A stretch of DNA of 64,000 nt from Nitrososphaerota archaeon (GTDB taxonomy: Archaea > Thermoproteota > Nitrososphaeria > Nitrososphaerales > Nitrosopumilaceae): the NCBI GenBank assembly GCA_028867755.1, contig JAGWFT010000002.1, forward strand, positions 128,001-192,000, read 5' to 3'. Each line of letters begins with the position of its first letter. Position 1 is the stretch's first letter. Shown one piece after another: positions 48,997 to 58,176 of the stretch. The notes beneath the pieces are model-generated. The model was not told where the DNA came from, searched no databases, and saw only the letters and a program-made list of their open reading frames with translations. The translations under genes were made by a program, and so were the position numbers.

Positions 48997-49995
48997 ATGG
49001 ATGATTTAAGATTAGAAAGTCTAGAAGGGGTAGGCCCCGTAACTTCCAAGAAGCTTAGCGATGCAGGAGTCCATAACATACTAGATCTTGTTGTAAGAGG
49101 TCCTGTAGACATATCAGAAATCACCGGCATGGATATTGATGCTGCTGTAAAACTGGTAAACAAGGCAAGACAACAACTAGTTGAGAATGGTCAACTCCAA
49201 AAAGAGTTTGTCACTGCAACAGAGATTTACAAAAGAAGACAGGATATAGGTAAGATCTCTACTGGAACTAACTCACTTGACACTCTATTTGATGGAGGAA
49301 TCGAGACACAGGCAGTCACCGAAGTTTATGGTGAATTTGGTTCTGGAAAGACACAACTTTGTCACACATTATGTGTAAATGTTCAAAAGCCAAAAGAAGA
49401 AGGTGGACTCGATGGTGGAGTCTTGTATATTGATACTGAAGGAACTTTCAGACCAGAAAGAATAGTTTCAATTGCAAAAGCAAAGGGAATAGAACCAGAA
49501 AAAGCCCTTGACAGAATCATAGTGGCAAAAGCATACAATAGCTCTCATCAAGAGCTAATCATGCAAGAAGTTGGTCCTGTTATAGAAGAAAACAAGATAA
49601 AACTAATTGTAGTGGATTCCGCAGTTGGATTATTCAGGGCAGAGTATCTTGGCAGAGGAACTCTATCCGTAAGACAACAAAGACTAAACAAGTTTATGCA
49701 TTTACTTGCAAGAACTGCAGAAGCATACAATATTGCAATAATTGCTACCAATCAAGTCCAGTCGTCTCCAGACACGTTCTTTGGCGATCCAACAAGACCA
49801 GTTGGAGGAAACGTTGTCGGTCACGCATCAACTTATCGTGTTTACCTGAAAAAGTCTGGCAAGAAGAGAATTGCAAGAATGGTAGACAGTCCACACCACC
49901 CAGAACAAGAAGTGCTCTTTACTGTTACTGAGGGCGGCATCGCAGATTCAGAAGAAGATACAAAGAAGAAAAAGAAAGATGGACTTGAAGAATAG
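48997..49995 (+). CDS. radA: DNA repair and recombination protein RadA
   Basis: HhH N-terminus, GEFGSGKTQ, YIDTEGTFRPER, GGNVVGH; no intein. Confidence 0.96.
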   Translation: MDDLRLESLEGVGPVTSKKLSDAGVHNILDLVVRGPVDISEITGMDIDAAVKLVNKARQQLVENGQLQKEFVTATEIYKRRQDIGKISTGTNSLDTLFDGGIETQAVTEVYGEFGSGKTQLCHTLCVNVQKPKEEGGLDGGVLYIDTEGTFRPERIVSIAKAKGIEPEKALDRIIVAKAYNSSHQELIMQEVGPVIEENKIKLIVVDSAVGLFRAEYLGRGTLSVRQQRLNKFMHLLARTAEAYNIAIIATNQVQSSPDTFFGDPTRPVGGNVVGHASTYRVYLKKSGKKRIARMVDSPHHPEQEVLFTVTEGGIADSEEDTKKKKKDGLEE

Positions 49996-50109
49996 GTCCA
50001 ATCCTTATTTCCTTTATTTGTCGTAGATGTTCAAGTGCCAAAACAAACCGATTTTTTCCTTTTTCTAGCCAGTAAGTGTTAAATTAAGGTCAACTGAAGT
50101 CCTAGCGAT

Positions 50110-50409
50110 ATGACTACCAAGAAACCACGAGGTCACTCTCACGGCTTTATGCACAAGGCAAGATCCGTTATGACAAAAGATGGGGTTAGAGGAGTATCCT
50201 TCTTACTTCGAGAGTACAAGGTAGGAGACAAAGTTCTGGTAATCATAGACCCGTCACAACACAAAGCTCTTCCACATCGCAGATATCACGGCAAGGTAGG
50301 TACTGTAAATGCAGTGGGACGTAGAACAGTAAAATTGGCAGTAAAACTTGGCAACAAGACAAAAACCTTAATCACTAGGTTAGACCATATCAAACCGTTT
50401 GGTGTATAA
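50110..50409 (+). CDS. rpl21e: 50S ribosomal protein L21e
   Basis: YKVGDKV...PHRRYHGKVG...DHIKP. Confidence 0.96.
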   Translation: MTTKKPRGHSHGFMHKARSVMTKDGVRGVSFLLREYKVGDKVLVIIDPSQHKALPHRRYHGKVGTVNAVGRRTVKLAVKLGNKTKTLITRLDHIKPFGV

Positions 50410-50411
50410 TA

Positions 50412-50738
50412 ATGGAAGAAATTAAGAAAAAACAACCTATCTCTATTCCGGAAGTTAAAGAAATTATGGAAAAAGTAGATCCTGAATCTATGGATCAAAT
50501 TCAGAGATGGACATATGATTATGTTACCAAATTTACAAAAATTGATTCAAAGGCTGGAAAGAAACTCAAGCAACAACTTGTAAAAGAATGTGCTGTGACT
50601 GACGAAGAAGCAGTTGAAATTGTAAATAATCTTCCAAGTACCGAGGCAGAGCTGAGAGCGTTTACTTTTGGCTGGAAAAAATTGATTCTAGCAGAGACGC
50701 TTGAAAAGATGCTAAAGATAATCAAGGAGAACACCTAG
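50412..50738 (+). CDS. rpo4: RNA polymerase subunit Rpo4 (F)
   Basis: IPEVKEI...EIVNNLP...ELR; conserved rpl21e-rpo4-DUF655-ksgA order. Confidence 0.88.
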   Translation: MEEIKKKQPISIPEVKEIMEKVDPESMDQIQRWTYDYVTKFTKIDSKAGKKLKQQLVKECAVTDEEAVEIVNNLPSTEAELRAFTFGWKKLILAETLEKMLKIIKENT

Positions 50739-50758
50739 TTTTAGGAGCAGGAGTTTTC

Positions 50759-51319
50759 TTGGAGAGAGCTCAAACTAGAAAGTATGAAGAGTACGCATAC
50801 GTGTTAGATTTTGTAACTAGAGGAAAATCAACTACCGTGCGCGGAAGAGATGGAATCATTGTTACAGCATTAGGAGAGGAAAGACTCACTATACTGGAAT
50901 TACTTGCAATGCCAAATTCTACTTTTGAAATTGGAGAACGTGTATACATTGGAAAGGAAGGAAGGACAAAAATTCTCTCAGTACTAGGAAGACTGGAATA
51001 TAATCAAATATCATCTTCTGCACAAAGCGAGTTAGTATCGGTAGTTGAAAAGATAGTTACACAAAATGAACAGCGATTTATGGATTATCTAAACAATGCA
51101 CAGCCCCTGACTCCTAGGATACATGCACTAGAATTGATTCCAGGAATTGGAAAGACCTACATGAAGACAATGCTTGCAGAAAGAGAGAAACGAAAGTTTT
51201 CTGACTTTAAGGATTTGCAAGGAAGAGTGGGACTCAAAGAACCTGCAAAACAAGTTGCAAAAAGAATCATTGAAGAGATCACCGGTGAATCTAGGATGAA
51301 TCTCTTTGTCAGAAAATAA
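50759..51319 (+). CDS. DUF655 putative RNA-binding protein
   Basis: EEYAYVLD, LELIPGIGK HhH. Confidence 0.9.
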   Translation: MERAQTRKYEEYAYVLDFVTRGKSTTVRGRDGIIVTALGEERLTILELLAMPNSTFEIGERVYIGKEGRTKILSVLGRLEYNQISSSAQSELVSVVEKIVTQNEQRFMDYLNNAQPLTPRIHALELIPGIGKTYMKTMLAEREKRKFSDFKDLQGRVGLKEPAKQVAKRIIEEITGESRMNLFVRK

Positions 51320-52016
51320 GCGTCGCTTACTTGGGCAGCACTTTCTAACTTCAAATTCTGTTGCAAAGTCTATCGTTAATCTTGCAGCCATTAAACGAGA
51401 TGATATTGTTCTTGAAGTGGGAACCGGAAAGGGAATACTGATTCCGTATCTGTGTAGAAAAGCAAAAAGAGTAATCTCTGTTGAAAAGGATTCTGGGCTT
51501 TACAAGGATGCAAAGGCCAAGTTTTCTGCCACTTCTAATCTGTCTTTAGAACACGGTGATGCCTTTGAGATGGATGATCTTGATTTTACTGTATTTGTCT
51601 CAAATCTACCCTATTCAGAGAGCCGAAATGCCATAGAATGGCTTGTACAACAGGAGTTCTCTCATGCAGTAATAATGGTCCAGAGTGAATTTGCCCAAAA
51701 ATTGCTTGTAGGGGAGGGAAAGAACAGACGGGCAGTTTCTGTGATTGCTAGGTATTGCATGGAAATGAAAAAAATCATGGATGTCAAAAAAACCAACTTC
51801 CAACCTAGGCCAAATGTTGATTCAGTAGTAATCTATCTAAAACAAAAACAAAAGATATCAAAAGAGGTCATAGCAGCTACTAACAAGCTCTTTTCCTTTA
51901 AGAGAAAGACCATACGAACTATTGCACGAAAATTTGACCTGACTGTAGATTCTGATAAAAGACTAGAAGATCTATCTGATGGAGAGATAATTGAGATTGC
52001 AAAAAAAGTCATTTGA
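51306..52016 (+). CDS. rsmA: 16S rRNA dimethyladenosine transferase KsgA/Dim1
   Basis: LGQHFL, EVGTGKG, SNLPY, FQPRPNVDS. Confidence 0.94.
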   Translation: MSENKRRLLGQHFLTSNSVAKSIVNLAAIKRDDIVLEVGTGKGILIPYLCRKAKRVISVEKDSGLYKDAKAKFSATSNLSLEHGDAFEMDDLDFTVFVSNLPYSESRNAIEWLVQQEFSHAVIMVQSEFAQKLLVGEGKNRRAVSVIARYCMEMKKIMDVKKTNFQPRPNVDSVVIYLKQKQKISKEVIAATNKLFSFKRKTIRTIARKFDLTVDSDKRLEDLSDGEIIEIAKKVI

Positions 52017-52530
52017 TGATTACTACAGGCCAGCAGAAGATACATTCTTTCTTGCCAATTATATCCAAAATGAAAAGGGAAGTACAGCACTTGATATTGG
52101 CACAGGGTCTGGTTTTCTTGCAAAAATTCTATCTGACAATTTCAAACTTGTAGTATCAACTGATATCAACTTTAATGCATTAAAAAAAGCTCACGAGATT
52201 GTAGAAAATTGCATTTGCTGTAATGCTGCAGACGCCCTGAATTGCAATTTTGATTTAATAGTATGTAACTTGCCATATCTGCCATCTGATCAAATCATTG
52301 ATCCTGCAGTAGATGGACTAACAGAGGGGCTTGATGTTACTACAAATATAATAAAATCAGCAAGTAATGTAGTCAAGCAAAAAGGCAAGCTGGTATACCT
52401 AACATCATCTCTTGCAAACTATACAGAATTAATGAAAAGGACTGAGAGCCTTGGTTTTTCTATAAAAATAATTGCAAAAAAGAAACTGTTCTTTGAAGAA
52501 CTAGTGCTTGTAGAATGTATCAAACTCTAA
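51991..52530 (+). CDS. HemK2/PrmC-like N5-glutamine methyltransferase
   Basis: YRPAEDT, DIGTGSG, NLPY. Confidence 0.88.
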   Translation: MRLQKKSFDDYYRPAEDTFFLANYIQNEKGSTALDIGTGSGFLAKILSDNFKLVVSTDINFNALKKAHEIVENCICCNAADALNCNFDLIVCNLPYLPSDQIIDPAVDGLTEGLDVTTNIIKSASNVVKQKGKLVYLTSSLANYTELMKRTESLGFSIKIIAKKKLFFEELVLVECIKL

Positions 52531-52570
52531 ATCTATCTCAAAGCGAATAAGCATTACGTATAAGATATGA

Positions 52571-53494
52571 GTGGGGTTTATCTCTAAAATGGTTGTATTG
52601 TATTCATTGAAACTAAGGTATGTGGGGTATGGTATTGTACCAATACTTGCCTGTCTTTTCATGTTGACAGGAAGTGCATATGCGTCGGACGCTCAGGTAG
52701 TAATTGTCAATGGGACATCAAACCACTGCCTGCCGTATCTCTCATGCTACAAGCCTTTTGAGATAGACGTGACTCCAGGCTCTACTGTTACATGGATAAA
52801 CAATGATAACAGAACCCATACTGTTACAACAGGAACATCAAATTATGGTCCTATGGGATTATTTGATAGCGGACAAATACTTCCAGGTCATTACTTTACA
52901 CAGTTCTTTGGTACAATAGGAAAATACCCATATTACGATAAGACAGACATGTGGCCTTCCGGAGTAGTTGTTGTAAATAATGAAGGTCCAACTCATGCCG
53001 AGCTTGGATGGATTAACGGTTCACTTTTGATAACTAGAGAAGGCAATCAGAGTCCAACACTTGTGATGACAAAACAGATTAAAAATACAGGAGGCACTGA
53101 TGCAAACTCGATAATTTTCAGATTACGCATACTTAACGACAGTGGATTTCTCTTTTATGACAACATCACTACTGAAAATATACCAGCAAAGCAGGTATCT
53201 CCAGTAACATTTGCATGGAACGACCCGCAACCTGGAAAGTACAGGTTGAATTTTGAAGCAGCAGCTGACAATCTTATCGGACAGAACAATGCAAGTGGAG
53301 GCTATACATACGACATCATTTCCATTCCAAAGATTAACGTAGGCCAAGAACAAAATCTGGCATCAGAAAACTTTACACTAAATGGAAATGCAACAGTTCC
53401 AGAATTTGGCCCGCTGTCTTATGTGATCTTGATATTTGCAGTCTCCTCCGTTCTAGTGGTATCTACTCGCTCTAGACTTAACGCTAGAATTTAA
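52571..53494 (+). CDS. PEFG-CTERM surface protein with degenerate cupredoxin and Ig-like domains
   Basis: GSTVTWINND...HTVT cupredoxin start; C-terminal VPEFG + TM + basic tail; start codon uncertain. Confidence 0.82.
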   Translation: MGFISKMVVLYSLKLRYVGYGIVPILACLFMLTGSAYASDAQVVIVNGTSNHCLPYLSCYKPFEIDVTPGSTVTWINNDNRTHTVTTGTSNYGPMGLFDSGQILPGHYFTQFFGTIGKYPYYDKTDMWPSGVVVVNNEGPTHAELGWINGSLLITREGNQSPTLVMTKQIKNTGGTDANSIIFRLRILNDSGFLFYDNITTENIPAKQVSPVTFAWNDPQPGKYRLNFEAAADNLIGQNNASGGYTYDIISIPKINVGQEQNLASENFTLNGNATVPEFGPLSYVILIFAVSSVLVVSTRSRLNARI

Positions 53495-54523
53495 TTATTT
53501 TCGCAACTTTTGTTTTGCAATCTCTGCAATTGTTTCTGCCATTTTTGTAGTTGTAGCACTCCCACCAATGTCAAATGTTACAGATTTGCCTTCATTGATG
53601 ACTTGTTCTGTAGCTGCAAAGATTGCGTCCTTTATGTGGGCCTCCCCTAGGTATTCAACCATCCAAGCACCAGATAATATTGCAGCAGTCGGATTTACCT
53701 TGTTTTGACCCTTGAAGGAAGGGGCACTTCCATGTGCAGCTTCAAACATGGCAAACGAGTCTCCCATGTTTGCCGAATATACTAATCCTATTGACCCAAT
53801 TATGCCTGACGCAAGCTCAGATATGATATCCATGAACAGGTTGGTGCTTACAAGAACAGCTCCGTTGAATTGTTCTGGTTTTATGACCAGTTGCTGAGTC
53901 ATGTTGTCAATATACAATTCTTCTATTGCTATGCCAGGATTTACCTTGGCTGCTTTTTCAATCTCTTCCCAAAAAATTCCATCTGTAACTTTTAGTATAT
54001 TTCTCTTGGTTATGGCTACAACTTTTCTCATGTTGTATCTTTTTGCCCATGAAAATGCAGAATTGATGAATCTACCAGATCCCTGTCTTGTAATCTTTCT
54101 TATTGCTATTGCAGCATCATTTGATATTTTAAATTCAATTCCTGTGTAAAGACCTTCAGTGGCTTCTCTGAAACAAACAAAATCAAGCGATCTGTCTGGG
54201 GTTATTCTTTTGTATGTCTTGATGGGTCTGATGTTAGAATAAAGTTCAAATTTTTGGCGTAGCGTGACTGCAACACTTCTTGGTGCATTTGGTTTTGGAA
54301 TTGTTGTGGTGGGTCCCTTGAAGCACGCATCAGAGTCTTCCAGTATATTCATGGTAGAATCAGGAATGTATGTCTCTCCGCCATGTTTTTCCCATTGCTC
54401 AGAGCCTGCATCACATAAAATTAATTCAGTCTGAGTGTTGCATAATTTTAAGACATGTAGCATTGCGTCTACTATTTCAGGTCCTATACCGTCGCCTCTT
54501 ATCACAGCAGCTTTTTTACCCAA
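53495..54523 (-). CDS. Isocitrate/isopropylmalate dehydrogenase family
   Basis: GDGIGPE, FREATEGLY, NLFMDIISE, FEAAHGSAP, NPTA. Confidence 0.92.
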   Translation of the reverse strand: MGKKAAVIRGDGIGPEIVDAMLHVLKLCNTQTELILCDAGSEQWEKHGGETYIPDSTMNILEDSDACFKGPTTTIPKPNAPRSVAVTLRQKFELYSNIRPIKTYKRITPDRSLDFVCFREATEGLYTGIEFKISNDAAIAIRKITRQGSGRFINSAFSWAKRYNMRKVVAITKRNILKVTDGIFWEEIEKAAKVNPGIAIEELYIDNMTQQLVIKPEQFNGAVLVSTNLFMDIISELASGIIGSIGLVYSANMGDSFAMFEAAHGSAPSFKGQNKVNPTAAILSGAWMVEYLGEAHIKDAIFAATEQVINEGKSVTFDIGGSATTTKMAETIAEIAKQKLRK

Positions 54524-54633
54524 AACAGGCGAGCTTGCAGATCCAGTATATTTAACTCTATAGAAATTTTTCTTGGAATAAGATCACAGAAAATCCCAAA
54601 CCTTAAACCATAATTCTCTGATGATATAATTAT

Positions 54634-55380
54634 ATGAAAATAGTTCAAATCTCAGACATTCACGTAGGAGGACAATTCCAAGAGGATGTCTTCGATCAAG
54701 TGGTATCTGAAGTCAATGAACTCAGGCCTTCTGCTATTGTAGTAACAGGTGATCTAACTAACGAGGGCTTGCTCAAGGAATATGAAAAATGCAAGAAAAA
54801 ATTTGCAGAGTTTGAGACCAACAGGATAATTGCAGTAAGTGGTAACCATGATTATAGAAACACAGGATATCTCTTGTTCAAAAAATTCTTTCCTATAGAC
54901 TCTGTAAACGAGCTTGATGAAGATACTATACTTGTAACTATTGGAACTGCAAGGCCTGACAGGGATGAAGGCGAGGTTGGGTACAGGCAGAACCTCTGGC
55001 TTGAGCGTACCATGAAAAAATATGAAGGTAAGACAAAGATACTTGCCATGCACCATCACCTGATTGGTGTGCCAGATACAGGCACTGACAGGGTTACAGT
55101 GATTGATTCTGGTGATGTATTGCGTACTGCACTTGCAAGCAAGATAGATTTGGTAATTTGTGGCCACAAGCACAGGCCGTGGTTTTGGCATTTTGGACAT
55201 TTGACTATTGCTAATGCCGGTACTGCATCATCTGAAAGGATGAGAGGTCTTTTTGCAAATACCTACAACATAATTACTATTGAAAAAGGCAAGATCAAAG
55301 TAGACCTTAAAATCGTTGGTGGCAAAAGAATGTCACTAAAAGACCTTGTTGAAAACTACAAGCGTTTTGGTGAAGAATAG
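54634..55380 (+). CDS. Calcineurin-like metallophosphoesterase
   Basis: SDIH, GDL, GNHD, HHH, GHKH. Confidence 0.92.
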   Translation: MKIVQISDIHVGGQFQEDVFDQVVSEVNELRPSAIVVTGDLTNEGLLKEYEKCKKKFAEFETNRIIAVSGNHDYRNTGYLLFKKFFPIDSVNELDEDTILVTIGTARPDRDEGEVGYRQNLWLERTMKKYEGKTKILAMHHHLIGVPDTGTDRVTVIDSGDVLRTALASKIDLVICGHKHRPWFWHFGHLTIANAGTASSERMRGLFANTYNIITIEKGKIKVDLKIVGGKRMSLKDLVENYKRFGEE

Positions 55381-55430
55381 GTAAATTATCTACCAAGATT
55401 AATTAACAGTTTAAATTTCAGCACATCTGT

Positions 55431-55514
55431 GCGGGGGTCGCCTAGCCTGGTAGGGCGTGGGATTGCTAATCCCATGTCCGCAAGGACCCGTGGGTTCAAA
55501 TCCCACTCCCCGCG
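55431..55514 (+). tRNA. tRNA-Ser(GCU)
   Basis: GCGGGGG/TCCCCGC acceptor, TGGGA-TTGCTAA-TCCCA anticodon arm, long variable arm GTCC-GCAA-GGAC. Confidence 0.95.
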
Positions 55515-55520
55515 CTTTTT
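55515..55520 (+). terminator. Oligo-T terminator after tRNA-Ser
   Basis: CTTTTT directly after the discriminator base. Confidence 0.5.
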
Positions 55521-55572
55521 GCGATCTATAACACTTAGACTTAATAAACCGAATTTGAGATTCTTTCCAATA

Positions 55573-55734
55573 ATGGTAAGGCGAAAAACAGTAAAACCAA
55601 GAACAAGTGGTCCAAAGAACATTACAACAGGTTTGTGTCCAAAGTGTGGGACAATAGGCAAAATTTTGATTATAGGCGTGATTGGCAGCGAGAAAGGCAA
55701 GTGCCAAGCATGCAATGGCGAATTTGACCTGTAG
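55573..55734 (+). CDS. 53-aa basic zinc-ribbon protein
   Basis: MVRRKTVKPRTSGPKNITTGLCPKCGTIGKILIIGVIGSEKGKCQACNGEFDL*. Confidence 0.7.
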   Translation: MVRRKTVKPRTSGPKNITTGLCPKCGTIGKILIIGVIGSEKGKCQACNGEFDL

Positions 55735-55806
55735 CAAAATACTGACAAAACCCTCAACAAAATAAACCATAAATTTTTAAGATCAGATCTAGCGCAGACT
55801 GGGTAT

Positions 55807-55980
55807 ATGTCACAAGGTGCAGAAGAATCCATTTACGAACGAGTAGCTAGGCTTGAAGATGAAGTAGCAACACTTCGACACGAAGTGGATATCATAAAAG
55901 GTACAATGAGAAACAAGATTGTACGATATGAACACAGACTGATAAAGAAAGGAAATGACGTTAAATCAATTATTGATTAG
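55807..55980 (+). CDS. 57-aa coiled-coil protein (absent from ORF track)
   Basis: MSQGAEESIYERVARLEDEVATLRHEVDIIKGTMRNKIVRYEHRLIKKGNDVKSIID*. Confidence 0.7.
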   Translation: MSQGAEESIYERVARLEDEVATLRHEVDIIKGTMRNKIVRYEHRLIKKGNDVKSIID

Positions 55981-56791
55981 CTTTTTCCTTTATACTTCTT
56001 ATCAAATCTAAAACATAATCAACATCATTTGCTTCAGGTGCCAATTCCAAGTATTGCTCAAGTGATTGTATAGCAGATTCGTTTTGAAGCAGTCGTGACT
56101 GGATGATTCCCTTGTCTCTGATCTCTTCTGGCGAATCAGGGGCAAGCCCTAGAACCATGTTTATGCAATGCATGGCCATCTTGTAATTAAAAGACTGCAT
56201 ATAGGAATTTTTTAGATTGTTTGTAATCCGAATCAATATTTTTTCTGGCTCTATCTCATTTAGGTAGTCTGGGCTGAACTGGATACCGCTGCCATATGTG
56301 GTATCAAGTATCTCCTGCAGATCCTCAACATCTAACAGAATGCCTCCGTTGAAAGGATCAAGTATCATCTCTTCTGAATATTTTACCAAAAAGTGTCCTG
56401 GAAAACCAACAGGTCTTAGGTCTAGTCCTATGTGGGTGCCAAGCTGGCTGTAAATTATTGATAGAGTAATTGGTATGCCGCTTTGCTTGTCAATTACTAC
56501 ATTTAGAAAGTTGTTCCTAGGGTTGTAATAATCATCACTATCGCCATGAAAACCAAGATTATCAAACATGTATTCATTTAACATAGAGATAAGATACGTT
56601 GGATTTTTCACATCCGAAACAGAGTTTCGCAGCTCTTCTCCCATGAAATTTAATTTTTGAATATAGTGATTCAGATCAAGATCGGGAAATTCTAGTGTCT
56701 GGGCAAGCTTTAGGCATTTTTCCACAAGTGAGTATTGCGGACTCTTTGCATAAGTAATCCATTCTGCTACAAATGGATCAAAATCGCTCAT
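55970..56791 (-). CDS. SirB1-family protein (transglutaminase-like fold + TPR)
   Basis: YYNPRN..LN.V...GIPITLSIIY...VGFPGHFLV...DPF; C-terminal TPR (EIRDKG...YLE). Confidence 0.88.
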   Translation of the reverse strand: MSDFDPFVAEWITYAKSPQYSLVEKCLKLAQTLEFPDLDLNHYIQKLNFMGEELRNSVSDVKNPTYLISMLNEYMFDNLGFHGDSDDYYNPRNNFLNVVIDKQSGIPITLSIIYSQLGTHIGLDLRPVGFPGHFLVKYSEEMILDPFNGGILLDVEDLQEILDTTYGSGIQFSPDYLNEIEPEKILIRITNNLKNSYMQSFNYKMAMHCINMVLGLAPDSPEEIRDKGIIQSRLLQNESAIQSLEQYLELAPEANDVDYVLDLIRSIKEKANQ

Positions 56792-57978
56792 ATTCTTTTA
56801 AGATAACTTTCAGGATTTTTGAGCTCTCTTGTTGTAGGAGGATTGCTAATCAGTGTCTTGTATGTGTCTTTTCCAAGCTTACCTGACACATATTCTGTGA
56901 AATCCATTCCCATGCTCTTTCTTACCTGATATGAGGATATGTCTGTGTTAGCAAACGTTACCAAGTAGTTGTGAAAGTCTCTGTCATCTTTTAGGATGCT
57001 TCTGACTGCAAACTCTGCCATTCCTTCCATCATTGTAAATGCCGCATGGTGAGTTTGTATGGGCTTGAGCCATCTTTGATAAATGTCTAGAAGTTGTGGA
57101 ATTATTTCTAGTATCTTTGGGTCAACTGATACATTTGTAAATGTCATCACATCAGGACCAAGAACTTTTACAATAAAATTATCAGGATTCAAAGTGAAAA
57201 AGAGATTCGCCCTCTGCGTTATTGGATATTCCTCTGGAACAGGAGGAAGCTGCAAGTATTCATAGAGTTCTTTTATTTTGGAGCTATCTAATGCAAGTAC
57301 TATGTTTGCAAGTTCTTCGTTTATCTCATTTACTGTAGTTACTGCATTCTTGTTTGTTTCATAGAGATTTTTTTGCACAGAGTGAACTTGCTCTTCTAAT
57401 ATGGTCATCTTCAAAGCTCCAAGGTAGCCTGAATTTACTTGCTGATAATTAGATTCGTATGGAGCTCCCTGCTTGTGCAAAATTATTTTCGGATAGCTTG
57501 AGAGTACAAATCTGTTTAGGTATATTGTTGACTCGTAAAAGTCTCCATATGTAGTAGATATCTGCGAGATGTACCCTTTGGCATATGTAGAATATACTAA
57601 AAATTGTGAAGTATTACTCTTTGCAAGCTGGGCTATTTTCTCTGTATTTTCATGTGCTATTGCAGTGAACAGTTCATCTACAAACAAAGCCGAGTTTTGT
57701 GTAGGGAATACCTTGCGACCTTTGAGGCGCTTGAATTCTATCAAATCTGGAAACTCTACTTTGACTGTGTCTGAAACCAAGATTCCGGTAAACTGGAGGA
57801 CTTTTTGGGCACTCTCAGAAAACAGCCTCTCTGATATCGTCTTGATGTCCTCAAAAGATATCTTTGAGGCAAAGACCTCGGTAGCCTTTGATTGTGATTC
57901 TTTTATTGTATTTTCCTCGCTTAATTCAACTGAAATCTGGTCCAAAAGTGCAAAGGCAAATTCCTCAAACTCGTCCAT
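56788..57978 (-). CDS. Hypothetical protein with zincin-like (EExxH...EG) motifs
   Basis: ILEEQVHSVQ and TMMEGMAEF. Confidence 0.6.
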   Translation of the reverse strand: MDEFEEFAFALLDQISVELSEENTIKESQSKATEVFASKISFEDIKTISERLFSESAQKVLQFTGILVSDTVKVEFPDLIEFKRLKGRKVFPTQNSALFVDELFTAIAHENTEKIAQLAKSNTSQFLVYSTYAKGYISQISTTYGDFYESTIYLNRFVLSSYPKIILHKQGAPYESNYQQVNSGYLGALKMTILEEQVHSVQKNLYETNKNAVTTVNEINEELANIVLALDSSKIKELYEYLQLPPVPEEYPITQRANLFFTLNPDNFIVKVLGPDVMTFTNVSVDPKILEIIPQLLDIYQRWLKPIQTHHAAFTMMEGMAEFAVRSILKDDRDFHNYLVTFANTDISSYQVRKSMGMDFTEYVSGKLGKDTYKTLISNPPTTRELKNPESYLKRI

Positions 57979-58176
57979 TCCAATTTTGATAACCTAAACC
58001 AATTTAACATTAACTTTGGCATCAAACATTGCTAAAAGATCAAAAAAGGCAGCAAAGCTATTAGAAATATTACAAAATGGCTCAAAACAGCATGTTACCA
58101 GTACACAACTCAGGCAAGGGCATGCTAAAGTCTAAGTTACAAAAGCATTATCTTTCTGTTTTGATAATAAAAAACA

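Noticed and set aside
48997-49995. Intein or split in RadA (also checked RtcB and Top6B)
   Set aside because: Lengths and motifs are continuous; no C1/HN splice motifs
55386-55832. ORF-track entries 55386-55832, 55411-55770 and the long form 55429-55734
   Set aside because: They overlap tRNA-Ser; only the part from ATG 55573 looks coding
58016-58135. 39-codon TTG ORF upstream of the PNGase-like gene
   Set aside because: No motif and no clear promoter; cannot be supported
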